Of a stretch of DNA of 64,000 nucleotides, positions 29,424 to 38,408 are shown in pieces. Position 1 is the stretch's first letter. Each line of letters starts with the position of its first letter. The notes under the pieces were generated by a model. The model saw only the letters and a program-made list of their open reading frames with translations, searched no databases and was not told the origin of the DNA. The translations under genes were made by a program, and so were the position numbers. This stretch comes from Parcubacteria group bacterium M6-OD1-4 (GTDB taxonomy: Bacteria; Patescibacteriota; Patescibacteriia; Patescibacteriales; UBA12465): the NCBI GenBank assembly GCA_003056205.1, contig LSNS01000019.1, positions 5,630 to 69,629 on the forward strand, given 5' to 3'.

Positions 29424-29452
29424 ATTGTATCATTAGATATAAATAATTGCAA
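29424..29452 (-). promoter_or_regulatory. candidate promoter of the AbiE-like pair
   Basis: Minus strand TTGCAA, 17 nt, TACAAT, about 33 nt upstream of ATG 29390 and just downstream of the tRNA terminator. Confidence 0.35.
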
Positions 29453-29459
29453 GTTCTCC

Positions 29460-29483
29460 AAAAAACAGCCCCTATTGGGACTG
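29460..29483 (-). terminator. intrinsic terminator after tRNA-Gly
   Basis: Minus strand CAGTCCC-AATA-GGGGCTG followed by T6. Confidence 0.6.
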
Positions 29484-29497
29484 CTTTTCCTGTTATG

Positions 29498-29569
29498 AGC
29501 GGGTAACGGGAATCGAACCCGTCTCTCGACCTTGGCAAGGTCGCATAATAGCCACTATACGATACCCGC
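29498..29569 (-). tRNA. tRNA-Gly (anticodon GCC)
   Basis: Reverse complement GCGGGTATCGTATAGTGGCTATTATGCGACCTTGCCAAGGTCGAGAGACGGGTTCGATTCCCGTTACCCGCT, loop TTGCCAA. Confidence 0.85.
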
Positions 29570-29586
29570 GATTATTCTACTTTAAG

Positions 29587-29670
29587 TGCCGCGGGCGGGA
29601 ATCGAACCCGCACTGTATTACTACAACTGGATTTTAAGTCCAGCGCGTCTACCAGTTCCGCCACCGCGGC
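29587..29670 (-). tRNA. tRNA-Leu (anticodon TAA), long variable arm
   Basis: Reverse complement GCCGCGGTGGCGGAACTGGTAGACGCGCTGGACTTAAAATCCAG...GCGGGTTCGATTCCCGCCCGCGGCA, loop CTTAAAA. Confidence 0.85.
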
Positions 29671-29699
29671 TAATTTTATTATCAATAATTCAAACTTAG

Positions 29700-30080
29700 T
29701 GGAGATGATGGGACTTGAACCCATGTCCAACTGGTTTATCTAAATACATTTACAAAAATAGTTCAATTTAGGGTTTTAACTTTAATCATCAAAACTGAAC
29801 GAAAAGCAATTAAAGCGATCTCTCTATTATTTCCATGTTTTTCGGAAAGAACAAAAAACATTTATCTTCATCTTTATGACACCAGTAAAACGCTTATGAA
29901 GACTTGGCGTTGCTGATGGTTAAGGCTTTATGTATTAAGCCATAACTGGAGCATAGCTCGGAGTTAACCAAGTGAATGCTCGTGCCGTTTTGGCAGTTGT
30001 ATTTTTTAATCAGTTTAGCGTGATAATTAGCACGTTTTGAATATTTAGCTAAAATCCGGCTGTCGATACCTGACATCCCC
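29700..30080 (-). ncRNA. ssrA: tmRNA (SsrA)
   Basis: Minus-strand 5' GGGGATGTCAGGTATCGACAGCCGG and 3' ATGGGTTCAAGTCCCATCATCTCCA (tRNA-Ala-like T-arm and acceptor), directly downstream of smpB. About 381 nt, no encoded CCA. Confidence 0.85.
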
Positions 30081-30538
30081 TAGCTTCTTTTTGTTAAAGA
30101 TCGCAAACGACGTTCAACTTCTCGTTTTCTAATACTGTCTCGTTTATCATATTTCTTTTTTCCACGAGCTACGGCAAATTCTAGCTTTAAAAAACTATGC
30201 TTAGTATATATTTTGAGAGGGATTAATGTCAAGCCCTCGGTTTTTATTTTACCTAATAAATGTTTAATTTCCGCTTGTTTTAAAAGTAATTTTCGGTCTC
30301 GTTTTTGATTATAGTTTGGTAGTAAACCGGCATGTTTGTAGGGAGCAATTTGGCAAGAAATTAAATATAATTCTGTTTTACCATTAATAGTTCGCAAAGA
30401 AATGAAGCTTCCTTTCAGACTAGCCCGTCCATCACGGATTGCCTTAACTTCATGTCCATACAAAACTAAACCGGCCTCATATTTTTCTAAGAGTTCATAA
30501 TCAAAATTAGCTTTTCTGTTTTGGGCTAATTGGGGCAT
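30080..30538 (-). CDS. smpB: SsrA-binding protein SmpB
   Basis: 152 aa. NRKANFDYELLEKYEAGLVLYGHEVKA and C-terminal basic tail typical of SmpB. Confidence 0.92.
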   Translation of the reverse strand: MPQLAQNRKANFDYELLEKYEAGLVLYGHEVKAIRDGRASLKGSFISLRTINGKTELYLISCQIAPYKHAGLLPNYNQKRDRKLLLKQAEIKHLLGKIKTEGLTLIPLKIYTKHSFLKLEFAVARGKKKYDKRDSIRKREVERRLRSLTKRS

Positions 30539-31817
30539 AATTCCACTCTTTTAGCTTAGTAATAACTTTCTCATTAGTTAGAATATTAGCCAAATAATTA
30601 TGATAGCCAGGCTCCGTAAACATTTTCAAAACATCCTGGTTGCCAGCATACTGTTTTTTTAATTGTTCAGTTTTCTCTTGAATTTCTTTTTCACTCGGAG
30701 AAATTTTCTCAATCGTCGCTATTTCACGAATTACTAAAGCAGATTTAACACGTTTAATCGCGTTGGGGGTTAACTCTAAAGTCAATCCTGCCCGATCTTT
30801 TTTAAGGTGTTTTAAATAATCTTCAAATTTACCACCTTGCTGAGTAACACTTTGTTCTAATTCGCTAAACATATTCTTCAATTCACCTTCAATTAATATT
30901 TCTGGTAAATCTCCAAACTTAGTATCTTGAATTATTTTATCCAAGAGCTTGGCCTCGTTTTTATTAGCGACTTGATGGCTTTTTTCATGTAAAAGGCTTT
31001 CTTTTAAATTTTTTTTCAATTCAGTTAAATCTTTAAATTGAAAAACTTTAGCAAAACTATCATCTAACTTGGGAAGAGTTCGTTGATAAACTTCTTTAAT
31101 TTTAACTTCAAATTCAACAAGTTTTCCTGCTAAATTTTTTTGATGGTGATTGTCGGGATAAGCTAAATTAAATTTCTTTAGTTCTGTTTTTCGAGCGCCG
31201 ATAATTTTCTTATCAAAGCCGGGGACAAAATAATCTTTACCAACCAACACCGCTAAACCTTGATGTTGACCATCTTCTAAAGGTACTTTATCTAAAAACA
31301 TTTTAATATCCACAATTACTTTATCACCCATTTGAACAGCTCGATCAATCAGGACTTCTGTCGCTCGTGTTTCCTGTAAACGAGTTAAAGCTTGCTCAAC
31401 TTCAGAATCAGCTATTTTTGCTTCCTCTTCTTGTAACCCTAAATCTTTATATTTTCCTAAACTAACTGCTGGTAAGAGAGAAATAGTTACTTTATACTCT
31501 AAAGGATTATTAGGAGCGAGTTTAGAAATGCTGACCTGTGGTTGGCCAATCGCTTGACGATCCATAGTATTTTTCATGATGGCCTCATCAATGGTTTTAC
31601 GAATAGCAATATTAGCCGCTTCCTCTAAAATAGTCATCTCACCAATTTTTTGTTTCAAGATATCAAGTGGCACTTTCCCAGGACGAAAACCCTCAATCTT
31701 AACCTGCTGAGAAGCTTTCTCAGCTCCCTTAGAAATATAAGGAGTAAATTCTTCAACACTTAATTCAACGGTTAACTCTAACTGCGATTTTTCTAAATCT
31801 TTTGTTGTAAACTTCAT
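30507..31817 (-). CDS. tig: trigger factor
   Basis: 436 aa. N-terminal ribosome-binding GFRPGKVP signature, central PPIase-like domain and C-terminal arm. Overlaps the smpB start by 32 nt. Confidence 0.88.
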   Translation of the reverse strand: MKFTTKDLEKSQLELTVELSVEEFTPYISKGAEKASQQVKIEGFRPGKVPLDILKQKIGEMTILEEAANIAIRKTIDEAIMKNTMDRQAIGQPQVSISKLAPNNPLEYKVTISLLPAVSLGKYKDLGLQEEEAKIADSEVEQALTRLQETRATEVLIDRAVQMGDKVIVDIKMFLDKVPLEDGQHQGLAVLVGKDYFVPGFDKKIIGARKTELKKFNLAYPDNHHQKNLAGKLVEFEVKIKEVYQRTLPKLDDSFAKVFQFKDLTELKKNLKESLLHEKSHQVANKNEAKLLDKIIQDTKFGDLPEILIEGELKNMFSELEQSVTQQGGKFEDYLKHLKKDRAGLTLELTPNAIKRVKSALVIREIATIEKISPSEKEIQEKTEQLKKQYAGNQDVLKMFTEPGYHNYLANILTNEKVITKLKEWNYAPISPKQKS

Positions 31818-31895
31818 AGACGATAAGCTATTTACTATTAATAAATTTAATTCAAAATGTTTCCTTACTTAATAATTTTGTTGGCTCTTACTACT

Positions 31896-33899
31896 TTACA
31901 TTAACAGGGCAACAATTAGTAAAGCAACAATATTAAGAACTTTAATCATCGGATTAATGGCAGGGCCAGCGGTATCTTTATAAGGATCACCAACAGTATC
32001 ACCAGTGACCGCCGCTTTATGAGCTTCTGAACCCTTACCTCCAAAATTTCCAGCTTCAATATATTTTTTAGCGTTATCCCAAGCTCCACCACCAGAAGTC
32101 ATGGAGATTGCGACAAATAAACCAGTGACAATGGAACCAACTAATACGCCAGCTAAGACTTTCAAGCCCAAGCCAGGACCTAATAAATTAAAACCAAAAC
32201 CAACTAAAATTGGGACCACGACGGGAATTAGAGCTGGAATAATCATTTCTTTAATAGCGGCTTTAGTAACAATATCAACAGTCCGTTTATAATTTGGTTT
32301 TTCAGTACCATCCATAATTCCTTTTTTTTCTTTAAATTGTGCTCGAACATCTTCCACCACTGAACCAGCTGTTCGCCCCACCGCTTTCATCGCCAATGCT
32401 CCAAATAAATAAGGGAGTAAAGCACCAATAAATAAACCAACTAAAACATAAGGATCATTAATCAAAAATTTAGCATTACCACCAAAACCTTTAATCTTAG
32501 AAGTAAAATCCGCAAATAAGACTAAGGCCGCTAAAGCAGCTGAACCAATAGCATAGCCTTTCGTAACTGCTTTAGTAGTATTACCAACAGCATCTAAAGG
32601 ATCCGTAATATCGCGGATGTCATCACCTAACTCGGCCATTTCAGCAATTCCTCCAGCATTATCAGTAATTGGTCCATAAGCATCAATCGTGACAATAATT
32701 CCCGCCATCGATAACATGGACATCGCCGCCACGGCAATTCCATATAATCCCGCCAAAGAATAAGCACCCAGAATTGCTAAAGAAATTGCAATAACTGGTA
32801 AAGCGGTTGCTTCCATAGAAACCGCCAAGCCCGCAATAACGTTAGTACCATGCCCAGTTTTCGAAGCTCGTGAAATACTTTTCACAGGATTATAAGCAGT
32901 AGAAGTATAGTATTCGGTAATTACTACCAATAAACCAGTCACTACTAATCCAATTAAACTAGCAAAATAGATTCTTAAACTTAAGCCACCACTAATTAAA
33001 TATTTAGTAATCGGATAAAAAGCTATACCAGCCAAGACTCCAGCAACAATCAAACCTTTGTATAAGGCTTGCATAATATTTTTATTTTTCCCGAGACGAA
33101 TGAAGAAAATTCCGATAACCGAGGAGATGATTGAAACCGCACCCAAAACTAAAGGATAAATAATAATCGTTGGATTATTAGTAAAAGTTAAAGCACCCAG
33201 AACCATCGCTGCTACTGAGGTAACGGCATAAGTTTCAAATAAATCTGCTGCCATTCCAGCACAATCTCCAACATTATCACCAACATTGTCGGCAATCACT
33301 GCTGGATTACGAGGATCATCTTCGGGAATATCAGCTTCAACTTTACCAACTAAATCAGCTCCAACATCAGCCGCTTTGGTATAAATTCCTCCTCCTAAAC
33401 GAGCAAAAATAGAAATTAATGAAGCTCCAAAAGCAAAACCAATTAAAGCGTGTAAATCATGGGTTAACAAATAAAAACCAGTTGTTCCTAATAGAGCTAA
33501 ACCAACAACCAGCATACCAGTAACACTACCACCCTTAACAGCAACATCGAGAGCTTTAGCAAGACCATGATGGGCAGCTTCAGTAGTCCGGACATTCGCT
33601 CGGACACTAACGTTCATGCCAATATATCCCGTCAAAGCTGAAAGGATTGCCCCGGTTAAAAATGCGACGGCCGTTAACCAGCCTAAAACAAAACCAATTA
33701 ATAAAAATAAAACAACCGCCACAATTGCCACTGATTTATATTGACGATTTAAAAAAGCTTTTGCTCCAGCTTGGATCGCAACGGCAATTTCTTTCATTTT
33801 GTCATTACCAGCAGGTAAGCGCATAATCATCCTAATCACAATTGCTCCATAGATTAACGCCACCAAGACACTACCAAAGATAAACAAATTTATAAGCAT
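31896..33899 (-). CDS. hppA: membrane-bound proton-translocating pyrophosphatase (K+-independent type)
   Basis: 667 aa polytopic. DNVGDNVGD and [11 protein letters not shown] motifs. GNTTKA (Lys, not Ala) marks the K+-independent subfamily. Confidence 0.92.
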   Translation of the reverse strand: MLINLFIFGSVLVALIYGAIVIRMIMRLPAGNDKMKEIAVAIQAGAKAFLNRQYKSVAIVAVVLFLLIGFVLGWLTAVAFLTGAILSALTGYIGMNVSVRANVRTTEAAHHGLAKALDVAVKGGSVTGMLVVGLALLGTTGFYLLTHDLHALIGFAFGASLISIFARLGGGIYTKAADVGADLVGKVEADIPEDDPRNPAVIADNVGDNVGDCAGMAADLFETYAVTSVAAMVLGALTFTNNPTIIIYPLVLGAVSIISSVIGIFFIRLGKNKNIMQALYKGLIVAGVLAGIAFYPITKYLISGGLSLRIYFASLIGLVVTGLLVVITEYYTSTAYNPVKSISRASKTGHGTNVIAGLAVSMEATALPVIAISLAILGAYSLAGLYGIAVAAMSMLSMAGIIVTIDAYGPITDNAGGIAEMAELGDDIRDITDPLDAVGNTTKAVTKGYAIGSAALAALVLFADFTSKIKGFGGNAKFLINDPYVLVGLFIGALLPYLFGALAMKAVGRTAGSVVEDVRAQFKEKKGIMDGTEKPNYKRTVDIVTKAAIKEMIIPALIPVVVPILVGFGFNLLGPGLGLKVLAGVLVGSIVTGLFVAISMTSGGGAWDNAKKYIEAGNFGGKGSEAHKAAVTGDTVGDPYKDTAGPAINPMIKVLNIVALLIVALLM

Positions 33900-34000
33900 A
33901 GGTTTTAATTAAAATTTGGGATTCTATAAATTTTTAAATAATAATTTAACGAACCCGAAATCTATAAAAATTATTAAATATTTTTAAATTTAAACTATTT

Positions 34001-35488
34001 TTATTTTTCATCTTCAGACGGACCTTCTTCTAATTCTTTATTTTTCTCTTTTGAACTAGTTTTAACCTTCTCGTCTTTTTCTTTTGAATCAGTGTCAATT
34101 TTTTTCTCTTTTTTTAACTTTTGATCCTTTTTCCCTTTCTTTTTTTCTATTTGTTCCTGATCTTCTGCTTGGTCGTCATTATTTTTCGCTTCCTCCTGTT
34201 CGCTAAGTTTCGCTTCTTGAAGAATTTTATTTTCAGCAGTTAATTCTAAAGTTTCTTCGTTAATTTCCAAAACTTTTTTATCTCCAATTGGAGAAGCCTC
34301 AATAATATCAATTTTCCAATCAGTTAGACGTGCCGCTAAGCGAACATTTTGTCCGGCTTTACCAATTGCTAAAGACAATTTATCAGAATCAACTTTAACT
34401 AAAGCTTTGTGTTCGGCCTCATCTAGTTCAATAGAAATTACTTTAGCAGGAGCTAAAGCATTGGTAATGAATTTAACAGGATCTTCATTATATTCAATAA
34501 TATCTATTTTTTCTCCTCCTAATTCACTAATAATGGTCTGTACTCGTGATCCTCGTTGTCCGACGCAAGAACCAACTGGATCAACATTTTCGGCGTCAGT
34601 CCAAATCGCCACCTTAGAACGAGAGCCAGCTTCACGAGCAACAGCTTTAATTTCTACCAAACCACTAGCGATTTCTGGTATTTCTAAATAAAATATTTTT
34701 CGTAAAATTTCATCACTCCTTCGTGACAAAATAATTTCTGGACCACGATGTCCTTCACGAACTTCTTTCACAAAAACTTTAATGCGATCATTAGGATTAT
34801 AGGCCTCAGTACGAATTTGTTCTTCGGCGGGTAATAAACCAATGGCTTTGCCGAGATCAACAAAAACATAACGACCCTCCCGTCGTTGAACTACTCCAGA
34901 AACCACTTCTTTTTCCTTGCTCTTAAATTCACTAAAAATCATATCTCGTTCCATTTCTCGAAGTTTTTGAATAATAACTTGTTTAGCAGTTTGAGCGGCC
35001 ATTCGTCCATAACTTTCGGGAATTGGTAATTCAGTCATTAATTCATCGCCAATTTTTGCTCCAAATTTTAAAATTTGAGCTTCTTTAACTTGAATATCAG
35101 TTTTCGGGTTAAATCTCTTTTTTACTTCTACTTCTTCTTCGTCTTCATTGACTGTTTCTTTGGATGAATCTGAATTATCAGCAGGAACGGGCTTAGAGGA
35201 AACAGCGGAAACTTCCTGGCGCTTAAATTCTTTAGAGTCTGGGTGATATAGATTTTCTAACATCTCTTGCTCTTCTTCTGCGGGTAAATCTTCAACAACT
35301 GTTTTTAAATCAAAAATCTGTGAACTCCCAGTTTCAGGGTCAAATTTAACTTGAATATTTTGATTACGTTCACCATAATCTTTACGATAGGCAGCGGCCA
35401 AGGCTAACTCGACCGCAGAAATAACTGATTGATAATCAAGATTTTTTTCTTCACAGAGTTGCTTAATAGCAGCACTAATTTCCGACAT
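34001..35488 (-). CDS. nusA: transcription termination/antitermination factor NusA with acidic insertion and K/E-rich tail
   Basis: 495 aa with NTD, S1 and two KH domains (CVGQRGSRVQ, AIGKAGQNVRLA). Not adjacent to infB. Confidence 0.9.
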   Translation of the reverse strand: MSEISAAIKQLCEEKNLDYQSVISAVELALAAAYRKDYGERNQNIQVKFDPETGSSQIFDLKTVVEDLPAEEEQEMLENLYHPDSKEFKRQEVSAVSSKPVPADNSDSSKETVNEDEEEVEVKKRFNPKTDIQVKEAQILKFGAKIGDELMTELPIPESYGRMAAQTAKQVIIQKLREMERDMIFSEFKSKEKEVVSGVVQRREGRYVFVDLGKAIGLLPAEEQIRTEAYNPNDRIKVFVKEVREGHRGPEIILSRRSDEILRKIFYLEIPEIASGLVEIKAVAREAGSRSKVAIWTDAENVDPVGSCVGQRGSRVQTIISELGGEKIDIIEYNEDPVKFITNALAPAKVISIELDEAEHKALVKVDSDKLSLAIGKAGQNVRLAARLTDWKIDIIEASPIGDKKVLEINEETLELTAENKILQEAKLSEQEEAKNNDDQAEDQEQIEKKKGKKDQKLKKEKKIDTDSKEKDEKVKTSSKEKNKELEEGPSEDEK

Positions 35489-35610
35489 ATTTTTATTTCT
35501 TAAAAATTAAGACAAAAAGCTAACCGTAAGAACAATTAGCTTTCTATGTTTAGTATAGCATCTTAATATTTTTTGTCAAAACTAATTTATCCTATAATTA
35601 TTTAATAATT

Positions 35611-36045
35611 TTATCTACCCATCGGGCACCAACTGGAAACAATTGCTCCATTAGCGGCCCGACTTAACGAACAGAAAGAATAACGGGTAATTCCCCAGGC
35701 CATCAAAATAATTATTAGACCAATAACAGCATTTCGTAATAATTTTAAAGCTTCGGAGGTTTTTTCTTCATTGCCAGCAGCTGTCATATACTTAAAACCA
35801 GCAAAAATTATTAAAACGATGAAAATAATCCCCATGAAACTTAAAGCAATATTAATTATTTTAGCAATCGTCGTGCGAATATCGGGTTGAGAATTCCCAC
35901 CATAAACAGCGCTAATTTCATTAATTCCAGTTTGACCGCTTAACAAACTACTGTCAGCTCGGAGAACAGAGAACGGGGTGAATAACAAGAAAGCTCCAAG
36001 CAACAGAGTAAGAACAATAACAGAATATTTTTTAGAGATTACCAT
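35611..36045 (-). CDS. small membrane protein resembling TrbC/VirB2-type (T4SS) pilins common in CPR genomes
   Basis: 144 aa with signal/TM and two TM helices flanking FKYMTAAGNEEKTSEALKLLRNAVIGL, which resembles the T4SS-pilin family pattern. Recognised from memory only. Confidence 0.4.
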   Translation of the reverse strand: MVISKKYSVIVLTLLLGAFLLFTPFSVLRADSSLLSGQTGINEISAVYGGNSQPDIRTTIAKIINIALSFMGIIFIVLIIFAGFKYMTAAGNEEKTSEALKLLRNAVIGLIIILMAWGITRYSFCSLSRAANGAIVSSWCPMGR

Positions 36046-36108
36046 ATATATGATATAATTATATTAGACTTTAATATTATATAAAAATCCCCTTAAAAAT
36101 ACAAGAAA

Positions 36109-37584
36109 ATGAGCTTAACAAAAAAAGTTGCTCACAATACTCTCATCCAAATTATTGGTAAAATCATTTCCACCATCCTCGGTCTTTTTGTTATTGCTTT
36201 TATTACTCGTTATTTAGGACGAACCGGTTTTGGACAATATACAACCATTATCACTTTTCTAGGTTTCTTTGCGATCATGGCTGACTTTGGCTTAACCTTA
36301 GTCACGGTCCAAATGATTAGTGGCGAACGAATCGCTGAAAATAAGATTTTGAATAATCTTTTTGGCTTTCGTTTAACTTCTGGATTGTTCTTTCTAATCC
36401 TCGCCCCCTTAACAGTTTTTTTCTTTCCCTATAGCTTAACAATAAAATTAGGTGTCATAATTACTTTTATTGCCTTCTTGTTTCCAGCACTGAATCAAAT
36501 TATTATTGGCCTTTTTCAAAAAAAACTGAGCATGGAAAGAAATGCCGTTGCGGAAGTAGCGAGTCGCATCGTGTTGCTGTTAGGGGTAATTGCAACTGAA
36601 AAATTTCAATTTGGTTTAACTGGTATTTTATTAAGTACCGTCGCCTCCACTCTAACAAGCTTTATTTTTAATTATCTTTTTTCTCTAAAATTTACCACCA
36701 TTAAACCAGCCTTTGACTGGCTCATCTGGAAAAAAATTATTACTAAATCTTGGCCACTAGCAATTACTATTGTTTTGAATTTAATTTATTTACGAGCAGA
36801 TATTTTGCTCTTATCTTTATTTCGTAGTGAAGCGGAGGTTGGTTTGTATGGAGCAACTTACAAAATAGTGGACGTCTTAACCGCTATTCCCTTCATGTTT
36901 GCTGGTTTAATTTTACCAATTTTGAGTAAAGCTTGGTCTAAAAATAACCAAAAATATTTTCGTCATGTCTTGCAAAAATCTTTTGATTTTATGGCTATTT
37001 TAACCATTCCCTTGCTCGTTGGTGCACAATTTTTAAGTCGGTCGGTAATGTCTTTTGTGGGTGGAGCAGCTTTTGCCGCTTCAGGAATAATTCTCCAAGT
37101 TCTAATTTTTGCAGTCGGGGCAGTTTTCTTGGGAACAATTTTTTCTCACGCCATAATTGCTTTAAACAAACAAAAAACTATGATTGGTTTTTATGTTTTC
37201 ACAAGCGTTACCTCTTTAATCGCCTATCTAATTCTTATCCCTCGTTTCTCTTATTTAGGAGCCGCCGCCGTAACAATTTATAGCGAAGTTTTAATTGCTA
37301 TCTTTTCCGCTTATTGTGTTTGGAAATATAGTAAATTCTTGCCACAACTAAAAATAATGTTTAAATCAATAATTAGTGGTTTGGTGATGGGTGCTTTCCT
37401 GTACTTTTTTACAAAAACCTATCAAACTACCTTAGGAGGTTTAAGTTTATTAATTATCGTATCCAGTTTAATTTATTTTCTTGCCCTCTTCCTGCTAAAA
37501 GGAATTAAGCGCCAAGATTTGGCAACCGTTTTAAAACATCAAGATAAAAATATTGGACCAAGCTATCATGGTCCTCAACTCTAA
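36109..37584 (+). CDS. polysaccharide/lipid-linked oligosaccharide flippase (Wzx/MurJ-type MOP superfamily)
   Basis: 491 aa with about 12-14 TM segments; N-terminal NTLIQIIGKIISTILG pattern of MOP flippases. Confidence 0.6.
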   Translation: MSLTKKVAHNTLIQIIGKIISTILGLFVIAFITRYLGRTGFGQYTTIITFLGFFAIMADFGLTLVTVQMISGERIAENKILNNLFGFRLTSGLFFLILAPLTVFFFPYSLTIKLGVIITFIAFLFPALNQIIIGLFQKKLSMERNAVAEVASRIVLLLGVIATEKFQFGLTGILLSTVASTLTSFIFNYLFSLKFTTIKPAFDWLIWKKIITKSWPLAITIVLNLIYLRADILLLSLFRSEAEVGLYGATYKIVDVLTAIPFMFAGLILPILSKAWSKNNQKYFRHVLQKSFDFMAILTIPLLVGAQFLSRSVMSFVGGAAFAASGIILQVLIFAVGAVFLGTIFSHAIIALNKQKTMIGFYVFTSVTSLIAYLILIPRFSYLGAAAVTIYSEVLIAIFSAYCVWKYSKFLPQLKIMFKSIISGLVMGAFLYFFTKTYQTTLGGLSLLIIVSSLIYFLALFLLKGIKRQDLATVLKHQDKNIGPSYHGPQL

Positions 37585-37587
37585 AAT

Positions 37588-38361
37588 ATGAATTTAAATC
37601 CAATTTTAAAACCAAAAATAATTGCAAAGACTAAAGACTATATTGTCATTAATAAACCCGCTGGCCTGGCTGTCCACGGCGGAGGAAATTTAAAGGGTCC
37701 AACATTAGCGGATTGGCTATTAGCGACTTATCCACAAATTAAAACTGTTGGTGATGACCCTAGTCGCCCAGGACTAGTCCACCGCCTTGATAAAGATGTT
37801 AGCGGTTTAATGGTTATTGCTCTTAATAATCAAAGCTTCTTAAATTTAAAAAATCAATTTAAAAATAGAACTATTGTTAAAAAATATACTGCGCTGGTTT
37901 ATGGCCGGGTTGCTCAAGATGAAGGAATAATTAATTGGCCAATTACCCGGTCAAAATTAGGTTATCGCATGGCGGCTTTGCCAACAAATACTAGTGAGCT
38001 GTTGCGACGACGTCATCCTCGAGGACGAGATCAAGGGAATATTAGTAGTTGGTTCAAATCTCGTGAAGCTTATACTGAATTTGATGTTCTGCAGAGATTT
38101 GTTAATTACACTTTGTTAAAAGTGAGAATTAAAACCGGACGAACACATCAAATTCGCGTTCATTTTTTTGCTTATGGACACCCCCTGGTTGGCGATCCTC
38201 TATATCATACTCGAAAAACTAAGATGAAAAATGAAAAACTACAACTGAAACGGATTTTTCTAGTGGCAGATTATTTAAGTTTTAAAACCTTGTCAAAAAA
38301 AACAGAAAGCTTTATAATAGACTTACCAGATGAATTACAAAAAGTCCTTCCTCGTCACTAA
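37588..38361 (+). CDS. RluA-family pseudouridine synthase (no S4 domain)
   Basis: 257 aa. Catalytic HRLDKDVSGL and GRTHQIRVH motifs. Confidence 0.85.
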   Translation: MNLNPILKPKIIAKTKDYIVINKPAGLAVHGGGNLKGPTLADWLLATYPQIKTVGDDPSRPGLVHRLDKDVSGLMVIALNNQSFLNLKNQFKNRTIVKKYTALVYGRVAQDEGIINWPITRSKLGYRMAALPTNTSELLRRRHPRGRDQGNISSWFKSREAYTEFDVLQRFVNYTLLKVRIKTGRTHQIRVHFFAYGHPLVGDPLYHTRKTKMKNEKLQLKRIFLVADYLSFKTLSKKTESFIIDLPDELQKVLPRH

Positions 38362-38408
38362 AAATTAATTCTAAATAAAAATCTAATAAAACTGTAATTT
38401 CAAAAAAT

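Noticed and set aside
29894-30076. 60-aa ORF on the minus strand.
   Set aside because: It lies entirely within the tmRNA (ssrA) body. It is only an extended reading of the region around the tag.
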